In this document: in pieces, positions 9,102 through 18,300 of the stretch
How positions within the stretch are numbered: position 1 is the first letter of the stretch
Layout of the letters: every line of letters starts with the position of its first letter
Assembly: GCA_963806535.1 (NCBI GenBank)
Contig: CAWDYC010000007.1
Location: 224,001-288,000, forward strand
DNA: 64,000 nt
Direction: 5' to 3'
Source: Candidatus Bathyarchaeota archaeon
GTDB taxonomy: Archaea > Thermoproteota > Bathyarchaeia > Bathyarchaeales > Bathycorpusculaceae
Position numbers and translations under genes: made by a program
Notes under the pieces: model-generated
Told to the model about the DNA's origin: nothing
The model's database searches: none
The model's input: the letters and a program-made list of their open reading frames with translations, nothing else

Positions 9102-11519
9102 ATGAGCCAAGAAAAAAACAAAAAAATCACCTTCAACATCGGCGGAATGAGTTGCATAAATTGCTCACTCTCCATAGAGAAAGCACTATCTAAACTAAAC
9201 GGTGTAACTCACGCCACCGTCAACTTCGCCGCTGAAAAAGCAATCATAGAATACAACCCAGAGATCGTCGACCAGAAAACCATAGAGAACACCATCGCTG
9301 AATCAGGATACCGGGTTATCCATGAGAAAATCGTGCTTCAGATAGGTGGCATGAGCTGCGTTAACTGCGCCCAAAGCATAGAAAAAGCATTAAACAGCAA
9401 AGAAGGCGTCTACAACGCAACCGTCAACTTTGCTACAGAAAAAGTCACCGTTGAATATAACCCAGAACAACTGAGCTTGGCTGGAATCAAAAAGACAATA
9501 CAAGAAGTTGGCTACCAAATAATTGAACACGAAAAAACCTTTCAGGATGCTGAAGGCAAAGAGCGCCAACGTCACATTCGACGCCTAAAAATCCTTTTGG
9601 CAGCAAGTGTTGCATTGACTGCCCCCATTATCATCTTGATGCTGTTCCCTGTTTTGCCTATGGAACAGAACAATATTTTGATGTTTATTTTGGCAACCCC
9701 GGTACAATTCATTGTCGGATGGACATTTTACGTTGGCGCATACAAGGGCTTGAGAAACAAAACCGCCAACATGGACACCTTAATTGCCATGGGAACATCT
9801 ACCGCTTGGCTCTACAGCACAGCAGTTACGTTTGCCCCAAGCATATTTCCAGGCGCCGGAGTTTTCTTCGATACAGCCACAATGATCATGAGCTTCATTT
9901 TGCTTGGAAAACTCTTAGATGCCATTGCAAAAGGCAGAACATCAGAAGCCATAAGAAAAATCATGGGTCTGCAAGCAAAAACTGCCAGAGTAATCAGAAA
10001 TAGCGAAGAACAAGAGATACCGATTGAAGATGTCCAAGTAGGAGACATTGTGATTGTTAGACCAGGAGAAAAAATCCCTGTTGACGGCATCGTTACCGAA
10101 GGCTACTCAGCAGTAGACGAGAAAGTCATCACAGGCGAAAGCATACCCGTTGAAAAGAAAAGCGGAGACCAAGTGGTTGGTGCCACCATGAACAAAACTG
10201 GGGTGCTTAAATTCAAAGCCACCAAAGTCGGCAAAGACACAGTTCTTGCCCAGATCATAAGCATGGTTGAAGATGCTTTAAGTTCAAAAGCACCTATTCA
10301 AAGACTAGCAGATATTGCGTCAGGCTATTTTGTTCCAACTATCATAATAACCGCCACGCTATCCGCCATGGCATGGTATTTCATAGCTGGCGCAACCTTC
10401 ATTTTTGCCCTTACAGTTTTCATCGCTGTGTTAATTGTTGCTTGTCCCTGCGCTCTTGGACTTGCTACCCCTACAGCCATCATGGTTGGAGTTGGGAAAG
10501 GAGCAGAAAACGGGATTTTAATCAAAAATGGCGAAACACTAGAAGCGGCTCATAAGCTTCAAACAGTTGTTTTTGATAAAACAGGCACACTAACCAAAGG
10601 CGAGCCTGAAGTCACAGATATCATCCCAACAGAAGCTTTTATTGAAGACCAACTTTTACAGCTAGCCAGCATTGCAGAGAAAAACTCTGAGCACCCTCTT
10701 GGAGAAGCGATAGTAAAGAAGGCAAAAGAGAAAGGCCTCCAGATTGATGAACCTGACGTCTTCAACGCCCTGCCGGGATATGGAGTGGAAGTAGAGCATA
10801 AAGGCGTCAAAATATTGTTGGGCAATCGCAGACTCATGGAAGCTAATAACCTGGACATTAGTGCATTTGACATTAAGATGAAGAGGCTTGAGGAAGAAGG
10901 AAAAACCGCAATGCTACTTGCAGTTGACACTCAGCTTGCAGGATTGATTGCTGTGGCTGACACCTTAAAGGAACATTCTGCCGACGCCGTAAAAACCCTT
11001 CAGCAAATGGGCTTAGAGGTCATCATGATTACAGGGGATAACCAAAGAACTGCCAACGCCATAGCAAAACAATTGGGCGTTAATGGCGTGTTCTCCGAAG
11101 TCCTTCCTAGCGAAAAAAGCACTGAAATAAAGCGGCTGCAATCCGAAGGCAAAGTTGTTGCTATGGTTGGAGACGGAATAAACGATGCTCCCGCTTTGGC
11201 GCAGGCAAACATTGGAATTGCTGTTGGCAGCGGAACGGATGTAGCTATTGAAACGGGGGATATAGTGTTAATTAAGAATGATTTGAGGGATGTAGTGGTA
11301 GCTATTCAGTTAAGCCGTGCTACGATGAAGAAAATCCGTCAGAATCTATTCTGGGCATTCTTCTACAACATCGTCCTCGTTCCCTTGGCGGCAGGCGCAT
11401 TCTACCCGATCTTGCATGTTCTATTTAACCCAGTGTACGCGGCAGCTGCCATGGCAAGCAGTTCAGTAACTGTAGTTACCAACGCTTCACTCCTCAGAAG
11501 GTTTAAACCAAAAGTCTAA
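9102..11519 (+). CDS. copA: Cu(I)-translocating P1B-type ATPase
   Basis: Two GMSCxNC HMA domains, [26 protein letters not shown] and MxxSS transmembrane ligands. Confidence 0.96.
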   Translation: MSQEKNKKITFNIGGMSCINCSLSIEKALSKLNGVTHATVNFAAEKAIIEYNPEIVDQKTIENTIAESGYRVIHEKIVLQIGGMSCVNCAQSIEKALNSKEGVYNATVNFATEKVTVEYNPEQLSLAGIKKTIQEVGYQIIEHEKTFQDAEGKERQRHIRRLKILLAASVALTAPIIILMLFPVLPMEQNNILMFILATPVQFIVGWTFYVGAYKGLRNKTANMDTLIAMGTSTAWLYSTAVTFAPSIFPGAGVFFDTATMIMSFILLGKLLDAIAKGRTSEAIRKIMGLQAKTARVIRNSEEQEIPIEDVQVGDIVIVRPGEKIPVDGIVTEGYSAVDEKVITGESIPVEKKSGDQVVGATMNKTGVLKFKATKVGKDTVLAQIISMVEDALSSKAPIQRLADIASGYFVPTIIITATLSAMAWYFIAGATFIFALTVFIAVLIVACPCALGLATPTAIMVGVGKGAENGILIKNGETLEAAHKLQTVVFDKTGTLTKGEPEVTDIIPTEAFIEDQLLQLASIAEKNSEHPLGEAIVKKAKEKGLQIDEPDVFNALPGYGVEVEHKGVKILLGNRRLMEANNLDISAFDIKMKRLEEEGKTAMLLAVDTQLAGLIAVADTLKEHSADAVKTLQQMGLEVIMITGDNQRTANAIAKQLGVNGVFSEVLPSEKSTEIKRLQSEGKVVAMVGDGINDAPALAQANIGIAVGSGTDVAIETGDIVLIKNDLRDVVVAIQLSRATMKKIRQNLFWAFFYNIVLVPLAAGAFYPILHVLFNPVYAAAAMASSSVTVVTNASLLRRFKPKV

Positions 11520-11555
11520 TCATAAAAATTAACCAATGTTGGAGGTGAGAAAAGT

Positions 11556-11744
11556 ATGGCTAAAGATTTGGTATGCAATATGGAAGTTGACGAGAAAACT
11601 GCAAAATACAAAACAATCTACCAAGGCAAATACTACTATTTCTGCGCACCAGGATGCAAAAAATCCTTCGAAGCAAACCCCCAAAAATACATCGGCGGTA
11701 ACTCGTCAAGTCAAAATTGCAGTTGCGGTCAGGACCACTGCTAA
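11556..11744 (+). CDS. YHS/TRASH domain metal-binding protein
   Basis: KDLVCNMEVD...YQGKYYYFCAPGCKKSF..NPQKY; GGAGGTG RBS upstream. Confidence 0.9.
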   Translation: MAKDLVCNMEVDEKTAKYKTIYQGKYYYFCAPGCKKSFEANPQKYIGGNSSSQNCSCGQDHC

Positions 11745-11770
11745 ACCGCTAAAGTTTAGCCTTAATAACT

Positions 11771-11830
11771 TTTTTTTGACTAAATTTGATTTTTCTCGAC
11801 TTATTTTGACTTTTTACGACTTTTTTTGAC
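11771..11830. repeat. Six degenerate 10-bp tandem units (consensus TTTTTTTGAC)
   Basis: TTTTTTTGAC TAAATTTGAT TTTTCTCGAC TTATTTTGAC TTTTTACGAC TTTTTTTGAC. Confidence 0.75.
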
Positions 11831-11970
11831 TCAACCTACAAAGAAAACAAAGCCTAAATCAAAAAAACAGCCTAATTCACAAAGAACAGAATCTTCGCAG
11901 AAATCCGTCAGCAAGAAAAAACAACAAAAAATAGTTCCCAAAAACATGAGTTCTTTGGCATTTCCTTTTT

Positions 11971-12020
11971 CTTACATTTTCTTACAAATTCTTACAGAAA
12001 TTTACAGATTCTTACAGATT
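11971..12020. repeat. Five 10-bp tandem units (consensus CTTACAGATT)
   Basis: CTTACATTTT CTTACAAATT CTTACAGAAA TTTACAGATT CTTACAGATT. Confidence 0.8.
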
Positions 12021-12181
12021 AAGACGCAATCTGCAAACGAATCAAATCCTAGACCAAAAAAGCAACCCAAAACACAAAGAACAAAAACTGCAAACTACTG
12101 TTGTTCTTTTAAAGACATTCGCCAGCAAAATATCGAAGTAAATAAACAAAGTAAAATATTCTTTAAAAAAAATAGAAAAAG

Positions 12182-13657
12182 CTACTGTGCCTTTGGAGTT
12201 GGCGCTGGAGGCTGCATAGACATTTCTGGCTGAATGATCTTGGCAAAATTCTTCTTTGCACGATTTTGTTTCAGCGTAGCCAGTTTAACGACCTCATCTT
12301 TGTTAATTTCAGCTGTTGTCAACTGTGTGTTTTCCAGAAGTGTTCTACCTATATCTGATCGAACGATTACGGTTGAATACCCTTCAGGGCTTCCAACTGA
12401 ACCTACAGATATGTCCGCGTATTTGTTGCTGAAGTCATCGCAGAAATTACAGCCGTGCTCTTGAGCTGCTGACAAATCTTTCACTGCAACAACATATTCC
12501 TTGCCTTCAACTGTAGCTGTGAATTTGCCCTTGTGAATCTGAGTCTTCTCGACCTTGTCCAAGTCGACTCCCATTTGATTCTGAACGGCAACCTTAAGCT
12601 TATCATAATCAAAAGCCTCAAAACAGAACAGCCCAACTATCGTAAGTTGCAAATTAGGATATTTTGTAAGCATTACCTGCTGGATTTTTCTTGCAGCACG
12701 AACTTCGCAGGGTGTACCGACAACGACGATTTTCCGCTTACCCTTCTCAATTAAATCGTCAAGTAACCAAAGCATTTTAACACGAAGGTACTTTGTGCTT
12801 TCAGCCTTAATGATGTCATCCACACTCTCGGTTACCACTGCTTCAGCTTGATAACCTTCTGTACGTTGCACAACGATGGCTGTATCAAATATGCCTTTCT
12901 GCATACCAGAGACAAGCAAGGATGTTGCAACTCCACCATCCTGCCCTCCGAAAGAACTCTTGGCTGCCAGAATTTGGCTATAGACCCCGAGGTTTTCATC
13001 ATATGTTCCTTTCAGGAATTGCTGATTGATTTTTTTGCCATCTTCGTCCGTCATAGCATACGTATAAGCTCTTCTTCGTTTGGAGTTCGTAGGGCAAACT
13101 TTGACGCAAGCACCACAACCAATACAATCGTTCGAGAATGTTTGGTAAGGTGTGGTAACTTCCCTTTCTACTCCACGTTTAGCAAAGTCTATGGCGTTTA
13201 CACCGACTAATTCGTCACAGACCCGAGTGCATAACCCGCACAGGATGCAGTCCTCGTCTTCATCTTCTACCCAGAAACTTTGTTTTTCAATACCGTATTC
13301 AAGCGCCAAATCCTTGATTTTTTGAACCTTAGGAGTACGCGCCAAAAGCAATTCTAGCAATAGTTTACGTACCTTGATGGTTTTTTCAGATTTAGTGTAA
13401 ACTACCAAGCCTTCTTCAACTGGGTAGTTGCAGGAGGTAACAATGCGACTTCTTCCCCGCTTATCTATAATTTCTACTGAACAGATGCGACATGACCCAA
13501 ATGGAGAAAGCGCTTTATGGTAACAGAGAGTTGGAATGTCTATGCCCATGCTTTTTGCTGCATCAAGGAGGGTTGCGCCTTCTTTTGCCCTTACTTCTCG
13601 ACCATCTATTTTTAATGTAATTTCTTGCTGGCTTGGTTCCGTCGGTTTTACCTCCAT
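12182..13657 (-). CDS. Fusion of a HydA/NuoG-type N-terminal Fe-S module with an FrhB/FdhB F420-binding domain (BfuA-like)
   Basis: [2Fe-2S] CYH..GSCRIC..SC and two CxxCxxCxxxC motifs, then FrhB motifs GQDGGVAT, VGTPC, GLFCFEAF, CNFCDDF..ADISVGSVGSPEGYS. Confidence 0.88.
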   Translation of the reverse strand: MEVKPTEPSQQEITLKIDGREVRAKEGATLLDAAKSMGIDIPTLCYHKALSPFGSCRICSVEIIDKRGRSRIVTSCNYPVEEGLVVYTKSEKTIKVRKLLLELLLARTPKVQKIKDLALEYGIEKQSFWVEDEDEDCILCGLCTRVCDELVGVNAIDFAKRGVEREVTTPYQTFSNDCIGCGACVKVCPTNSKRRRAYTYAMTDEDGKKINQQFLKGTYDENLGVYSQILAAKSSFGGQDGGVATSLLVSGMQKGIFDTAIVVQRTEGYQAEAVVTESVDDIIKAESTKYLRVKMLWLLDDLIEKGKRKIVVVGTPCEVRAARKIQQVMLTKYPNLQLTIVGLFCFEAFDYDKLKVAVQNQMGVDLDKVEKTQIHKGKFTATVEGKEYVVAVKDLSAAQEHGCNFCDDFSNKYADISVGSVGSPEGYSTVIVRSDIGRTLLENTQLTTAEINKDEVVKLATLKQNRAKKNFAKIIQPEMSMQPPAPTPKAQ

Positions 13658-13658
13658 T

Positions 13659-15596
13659 TTAGTTCGCCTTCTTAACTGGTTTTTTCAGTCTCTGTTCCTC
13701 AGGGATTGGCGGTGGAACAGGTTTTCCAGAAATCTTCATAACCGCCTTGAACTTGCAGGCTTCGAAGCAGCTGCCGCATTTAATGCACTTTGATTGATCA
13801 ACTATGTGAATCTTACCTACCGCTCCATCGATGGCTTGGACAGGGCAATTTCGTGAGCATAATGTACACGCGTTGCATTTGGCTGGGTCTATGTAGAAAT
13901 TTATGAGCGGCTTGCAAGCTAATGCGGGACACCTTTTTTCTTTGATATGTGCTTCATATTCATCTGCAAAGTATCGAAGTGTTGTAAGCGTTGGGTTTGC
14001 AGAAGTCTGGCCTAAAGCACAGAGTGCCGAAGAATTTGAAGCCTCAGCAATTTGCCCAAGTTTCTTGATGTCGCCTTCTTCACCCTTACCTGAAACTATA
14101 TCGTTTAGGATTTTTCTTGCTTGTTTTAGTCCTTCTCGGCAGGGCACACATTTACCGCATGACTCATCGCAAAGAAAGTTGACAAAGTATCTTGCTACGT
14201 CTACCATACAGGTGTCTTCGTCCATAACGATTAATCCACCTGAGCCCATGATTGCACCAAGTTTTTTGAGCTCATCAAAATCTACGGGTGTATCGAGGTA
14301 TTGTTCGGGAATTATGCCGCCTGAAGGCCCCCCAGCTTGAACTGCCTTAAATTTCTTTCCGTTTCGTATGCCGCCGCCTATTTTGAAAATAATGTCTCTA
14401 AGAGTCATACCCATTGCGACTTCAACTAGACCAGTGTTGTTGACTTTGCCTGCTAGCGCGAAGATTTTGGTGCCTTTGCTGCCTGTCGTGCCAATTTTTG
14501 TAAACCAATCGGCGCCGTTGTTTATAATTACTGGAACGTTTGCGTAAGTTTCAACGTTGTTTAATACGCTTGGCTTGTCCCAAAGGCCCTTCTCAGCGGT
14601 ATGGACATATTTTGGTCGGGGCTCTCCGACTCGACCTTCAATCGCAGTCATTAGCGCACTTGATTCGCCCGAAACAAAGGCTCCAGCTCCTTTGTGGATT
14701 TTGACTTTGAAGTTGAATCCTGAACCCAGAATGTTATCGCCAAGCAATCCATAAGCAGTAGCTCGATCTATGGCCTTCTGCATGTTCTCCACTGCAAGTG
14801 GATATTCTTGGCGAACATAAATGAAGCCTTCATGAGAACCAATCGCATAAGCAGCAATTATTAGACCCTCCAGAATACTATGCGGGTTACCCTCCATCAA
14901 AGCGCGATTCATGAAAGCGCCCGGGTCGCCTTCGTCACAGTTAACTATAACGTATTTTGGTTCGCCTTTTGCTTTGCGGGTGGAATCCCATTTTTGAAAA
15001 GTTGGAAAACCTCCCCCTCCACGACCTCGCAGTTGTGACTGCTTAATTTCGTCCATTACTTGGTCGGGAGTCATTTGGAACAGTACTTTGGAGAGGGCTT
15101 TGTACCCATCTAAAGCAATGTAATCTTTTATTTTTTTTGGGTCTATTGCGGCATTGTTATCCATGAGAAGTCTGTACTGATACTTATAGAAAGGCACGTC
15201 AACAAGACGCTTGACCTTCTCGCCCGTGTTAGGATCAGCATAAAGTAAGCGTTCAACAATTTCTTTGTTCATAACAGTTTTTGAAACGATTTCTGGTACG
15301 TCAGAAGGCTGCACTTTGAAATAAGCTATGTTTTCAGGGTAAATAACGACACGTGGACCTTTTTCACAAAAACCCAAGCAACCTGTTTGCTTAATGTCTA
15401 CTTTGCCGTCTAAACCTTGTTTTTTGAATTCATCTTGGAAGGCTTGAAGGACAGCTTTTGCGCCAAGAGCTTCGCAACCTGTACTTATGCATAGTGTGAC
15501 AGCGGGTTTTTTAAAGTCTGTTTTGCCGATGAGTTCGCTTCGGAGTTTTTCTAAGTCAGCTGGAGAGTTCAAACGAACCATGTTTGGATTCCTCAT
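13659..15596 (-). CDS. NuoF/HydB-type NAD(P)/FMN-binding subunit (BfuB-like)
   Basis: N-terminal thioredoxin-like Fe-S domain, LRGRGGGGFP, NCDEGDPGAFM, GGPSGG, ESCGKCVPCREG..LC, H..C..C site, C-terminal 2x[4Fe-4S]. Confidence 0.93.
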   Translation of the reverse strand: MRNPNMVRLNSPADLEKLRSELIGKTDFKKPAVTLCISTGCEALGAKAVLQAFQDEFKKQGLDGKVDIKQTGCLGFCEKGPRVVIYPENIAYFKVQPSDVPEIVSKTVMNKEIVERLLYADPNTGEKVKRLVDVPFYKYQYRLLMDNNAAIDPKKIKDYIALDGYKALSKVLFQMTPDQVMDEIKQSQLRGRGGGGFPTFQKWDSTRKAKGEPKYVIVNCDEGDPGAFMNRALMEGNPHSILEGLIIAAYAIGSHEGFIYVRQEYPLAVENMQKAIDRATAYGLLGDNILGSGFNFKVKIHKGAGAFVSGESSALMTAIEGRVGEPRPKYVHTAEKGLWDKPSVLNNVETYANVPVIINNGADWFTKIGTTGSKGTKIFALAGKVNNTGLVEVAMGMTLRDIIFKIGGGIRNGKKFKAVQAGGPSGGIIPEQYLDTPVDFDELKKLGAIMGSGGLIVMDEDTCMVDVARYFVNFLCDESCGKCVPCREGLKQARKILNDIVSGKGEEGDIKKLGQIAEASNSSALCALGQTSANPTLTTLRYFADEYEAHIKEKRCPALACKPLINFYIDPAKCNACTLCSRNCPVQAIDGAVGKIHIVDQSKCIKCGSCFEACKFKAVMKISGKPVPPPIPEEQRLKKPVKKAN

Positions 15597-16060
15597 TTAT
15601 AGTTGGAAAGGAGTTTTCCTATGGTTGTTACGGAGAGTTTGCCGTGGTATTGGCCGTCAATTTCAATCACGGGTCCAAGGGCGCAGCAGCCTAGGCAGTT
15701 AACGGTTTCTAGTGAAAAATTTTTGTCAGAGGTTGTTTCGCCTGCCTTAATGTTTAAGGTTCGTTCTATGGAATCTAAAATTCTTGGTCCTCCGCGGACA
15801 TAACAGGCGGTTCCAGCACATACACGAACAAGGTGACGCCCACGTGGTTTGAGGCTTAATGCTGTATAGAAGCTGGCAACTCGGTAAATTTCGCTTACTG
15901 GAATCTTGAGCCGTTTGTTTATCCTCATAATGGCTTCTTTAGGTATCCAGTTGAGCTCATGCTGAATATCTAAAAGTAACTGAATCAAAACTCCTTCGCC
16001 GTCAACATATTTATCGATGATTTTATCGATTTGTTCAATTGACATTTGTGGGGTCTCCAC
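15593..16060 (-). CDS. NuoE/HydC-type [2Fe-2S] subunit (BfuC-like)
   Basis: VASFY, VCAGTAC, NCLGCCALGP; 4-nt overlap with the next gene. Confidence 0.93.
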   Translation of the reverse strand: METPQMSIEQIDKIIDKYVDGEGVLIQLLLDIQHELNWIPKEAIMRINKRLKIPVSEIYRVASFYTALSLKPRGRHLVRVCAGTACYVRGGPRILDSIERTLNIKAGETTSDKNFSLETVNCLGCCALGPVIEIDGQYHGKLSVTTIGKLLSNYK

Positions 16061-16189
16061 TACGATTAGAATCTTAAACTACATCTTTCAATTAAATAAG
16101 GGTTTGTCGCTATTTTTATAATGTTCTTTGTTTAATACGGCGATTTGAACACAACCCTTGTAATCGTTTTTATTGACTTTTAGTAAACG

Positions 16190-16840
16190 TCAGTCACTAT
16201 GTTTTCTGCTGAAGCCGATCTGCTCTAAAAATCGTTTAGAAATAGTAGTGTTTTGAATTTTAAATAATTTTTTCAGATCTTCGGCAGAATCAATATCCGC
16301 TGCAAGCTTACTTGAAAAGTGTATCCTAACACCTATGTTGTTTAAAAAAGCTTGTCGGATGTGTTTTAGGAAGCTTTCAGGTCCATAACAAGCGGGTATA
16401 AGCTTAGGAGGATGCTGGTAAAGTGCATTGGTTCCCCAATCATGTGAAGGAGATAAAACAATCGCTGAGCTGACATCATCAGCAAGTTGGATGATTCGAT
16501 TAATTTCTTCGGAGTCAATGAGTGGGACATCTGCTGGCAAAACAAGAACCGAACGCGCACCTTTTTGAATGCAATAGGATGTGGTTTCGTCAATAGTTGA
16601 ATTCAAAGACGCCCCTTTAGCAAACCGATAAAAAGCTCCAAACTCTTCCGCCGTCTTCCGAACTATGAAATCATCAGCCACCACAACAACTTTGTCTACA
16701 ACAGAAGTTTGAAGCGCCTTTAAGACATCTTGCAGCATAGTTAACGTAAGCATTTCACGTTGCTGCGGTGTGAAAACTGTTGAAAGCCTCTTTTTTGAAT
16801 CGGCAAGCTTTTTTACTGGGATAATTGCGTAGATAGCCAC
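16190..16840 (-). CDS. cofC: 2-phospho-L-lactate/phosphoenolpyruvate guanylyltransferase (F420 biosynthesis)
   Basis: AIIPVKKL..SKKRLS, LPADVPL, GTNAL, YGPESF..H, DIDSAEDL; probable GTG start at 16840. Confidence 0.9.
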   Translation of the reverse strand: MAIYAIIPVKKLADSKKRLSTVFTPQQREMLTLTMLQDVLKALQTSVVDKVVVVADDFIVRKTAEEFGAFYRFAKGASLNSTIDETTSYCIQKGARSVLVLPADVPLIDSEEINRIIQLADDVSSAIVLSPSHDWGTNALYQHPPKLIPACYGPESFLKHIRQAFLNNIGVRIHFSSKLAADIDSAEDLKKLFKIQNTTISKRFLEQIGFSRKHSD

Positions 16841-16958
16841 TTTTTGAAAACCGCCAACAAGTACCAAACGAGCAACAGGATTCAATATTGCTAATTGAGA
16901 ATTGAACGTTGCCTAAAAATATTTAGATAGGCGCGCGATTAAACGCGCTTTCTAAAAT

Positions 16959-17957
16959 TTAGCTTTTAAAGTGGGGAATAATTTTGCTACCGATCAAGTC
17001 GATAGAGTTTTTAACGTTGGTGCCGATCGGGGAGCCGACTACGAATTGGCTAATGCCGATTTTTTGAAGACCTGCTATTTTTTCAATGCATACATCTGGT
17101 GTGCCGCAAATTGAGAATGCATCAATCATTTCTGGTGTTACTGCTGCTAAGGCTTTTGGAAAATCGCCTGCTTTAAGTGCTGCGCGTAATTCGTCTGCTT
17201 TAGCTACATCTATTTTGTGTTTTTCAAGAACTGGCGGTGGACTACCTGCGACTATGAAGGCTACGACTGGTGTTGCGGCTTTCGTGGCTTTTTTGGGATC
17301 CTCGTTAACTGAGAATGATGTGTAAGCTGTTATATCAACATCGCTGGGTGATTTGCCTGCTTGTTTCATTCCTTCATTTGCCATTTTCACCGCGAATTCT
17401 ATGTCGCTTGGATGACTGGCGTTAATTAGAACTCCATCACCGATTTTTCCAGCCATCTCCAGCATTTTTGGACCCTGAGCGCCAACGTAAACTGGAATCT
17501 TGTTAGCTGGTTTAAAGTTGAATTTTGCGCCTGCAGCTTTGAAAACTTCACCTTGAAAAGCAACTTTTTCGCCGGCGGTTAATTTTCGGAACATTTCAAT
17601 TGATTCTCTTACGGCTGCTAATGGTTTGCCCATGTCTATGCCGACAGCTTCAAGAGTGGTTTTGTCGCCTGCACCCATTCCAAGCACAACTCTTCCCGGC
17701 GCTAGCTCGTTCAGTGTTGCGATGGCTTGTGCGGTTATAACTGGGTTAACCATCCACGGATTGGTTACTCCCGTTCCGAAAGTGATTTTGTTTGTAAACA
17801 AAGCTGCAGCGGCCAAAGTAACATAAACATTACGGTTGCCAAAGTGATCAGTTACCCATAGGTTGTCAAACCCGCTGTTTTCAGCCTGGATAGCGTAAGC
17901 TGCTAATTTCCAGTATGGTTCTTTTGGAACAAATTCAATTCCGAATTTTAGTGCCAA
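16959..17957 (-). CDS. mer: F420-dependent methylene-tetrahydromethanopterin reductase
   Basis: KFGIEFVP, WVTDHFGNRNVY, GTGVTNP, GAQGPKML, GVLINASHP, VVGSPIG. Confidence 0.92.
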   Translation of the reverse strand: MALKFGIEFVPKEPYWKLAAYAIQAENSGFDNLWVTDHFGNRNVYVTLAAAALFTNKITFGTGVTNPWMVNPVITAQAIATLNELAPGRVVLGMGAGDKTTLEAVGIDMGKPLAAVRESIEMFRKLTAGEKVAFQGEVFKAAGAKFNFKPANKIPVYVGAQGPKMLEMAGKIGDGVLINASHPSDIEFAVKMANEGMKQAGKSPSDVDITAYTSFSVNEDPKKATKAATPVVAFIVAGSPPPVLEKHKIDVAKADELRAALKAGDFPKALAAVTPEMIDAFSICGTPDVCIEKIAGLQKIGISQFVVGSPIGTNVKNSIDLIGSKIIPHFKS

Positions 17958-17958
17958 A

Positions 17959-18243
17959 TTACATGCCTCCTTTCTTTATTTCTTCAGCCAATTGTGTCAT
18001 TTGCATTTCATTTAATGCAGCCATGGTTTTTTCTGGTTCAAGTAGCAATGCTACTTCGAGAAGAATTGAAACGCCGGTTTTGTTTTTTATGATTCCTTGC
18101 TGCATAGCGGAGAGCATACAGTTAGCGAGTTTAGTTGGCATTTTTCCTTCATTCTTAGTTGTTAAAACGAAATTAAGCAGTTGATCGGATAATGGTCCCA
18201 ACTTTTCAGCAGGAACCAAATCAGCTAATTTAGGATAATCCAT
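17959..18243 (-). CDS. Hypothetical protein, first gene of the mer transcript
   Basis: 94-aa helical ORF with GGAG upstream, ending 1 nt before the mer start. Confidence 0.7.
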   Translation of the reverse strand: MDYPKLADLVPAEKLGPLSDQLLNFVLTTKNEGKMPTKLANCMLSAMQQGIIKNKTGVSILLEVALLLEPEKTMAALNEMQMTQLAEEIKKGGM

Positions 18244-18300
18244 ACAAGGTTAACTCCTATAGCGAAAAGTAATTACAAGATGTATTTAAAAAGCTGTCGT

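Noticed and set aside
11536-11829. 97-aa ORF overlapping the YHS gene
   Set aside because: Alternative frame of the YHS gene, which has the RBS and the family motif.
11771-12020. CRISPR array or ORB-type replication origin
   Set aside because: The units are contiguous 10-mers with no spacers; no ORB-like sequence with G-string, and no cas or cdc6 gene nearby.
11826-12233. 135-aa Lys/Gln-rich ORF spanning the repeat region
   Set aside because: Low-complexity translation of A-tracts and 10-bp repeats; overlaps the 3' end of the FrhB-fusion gene; no motif.
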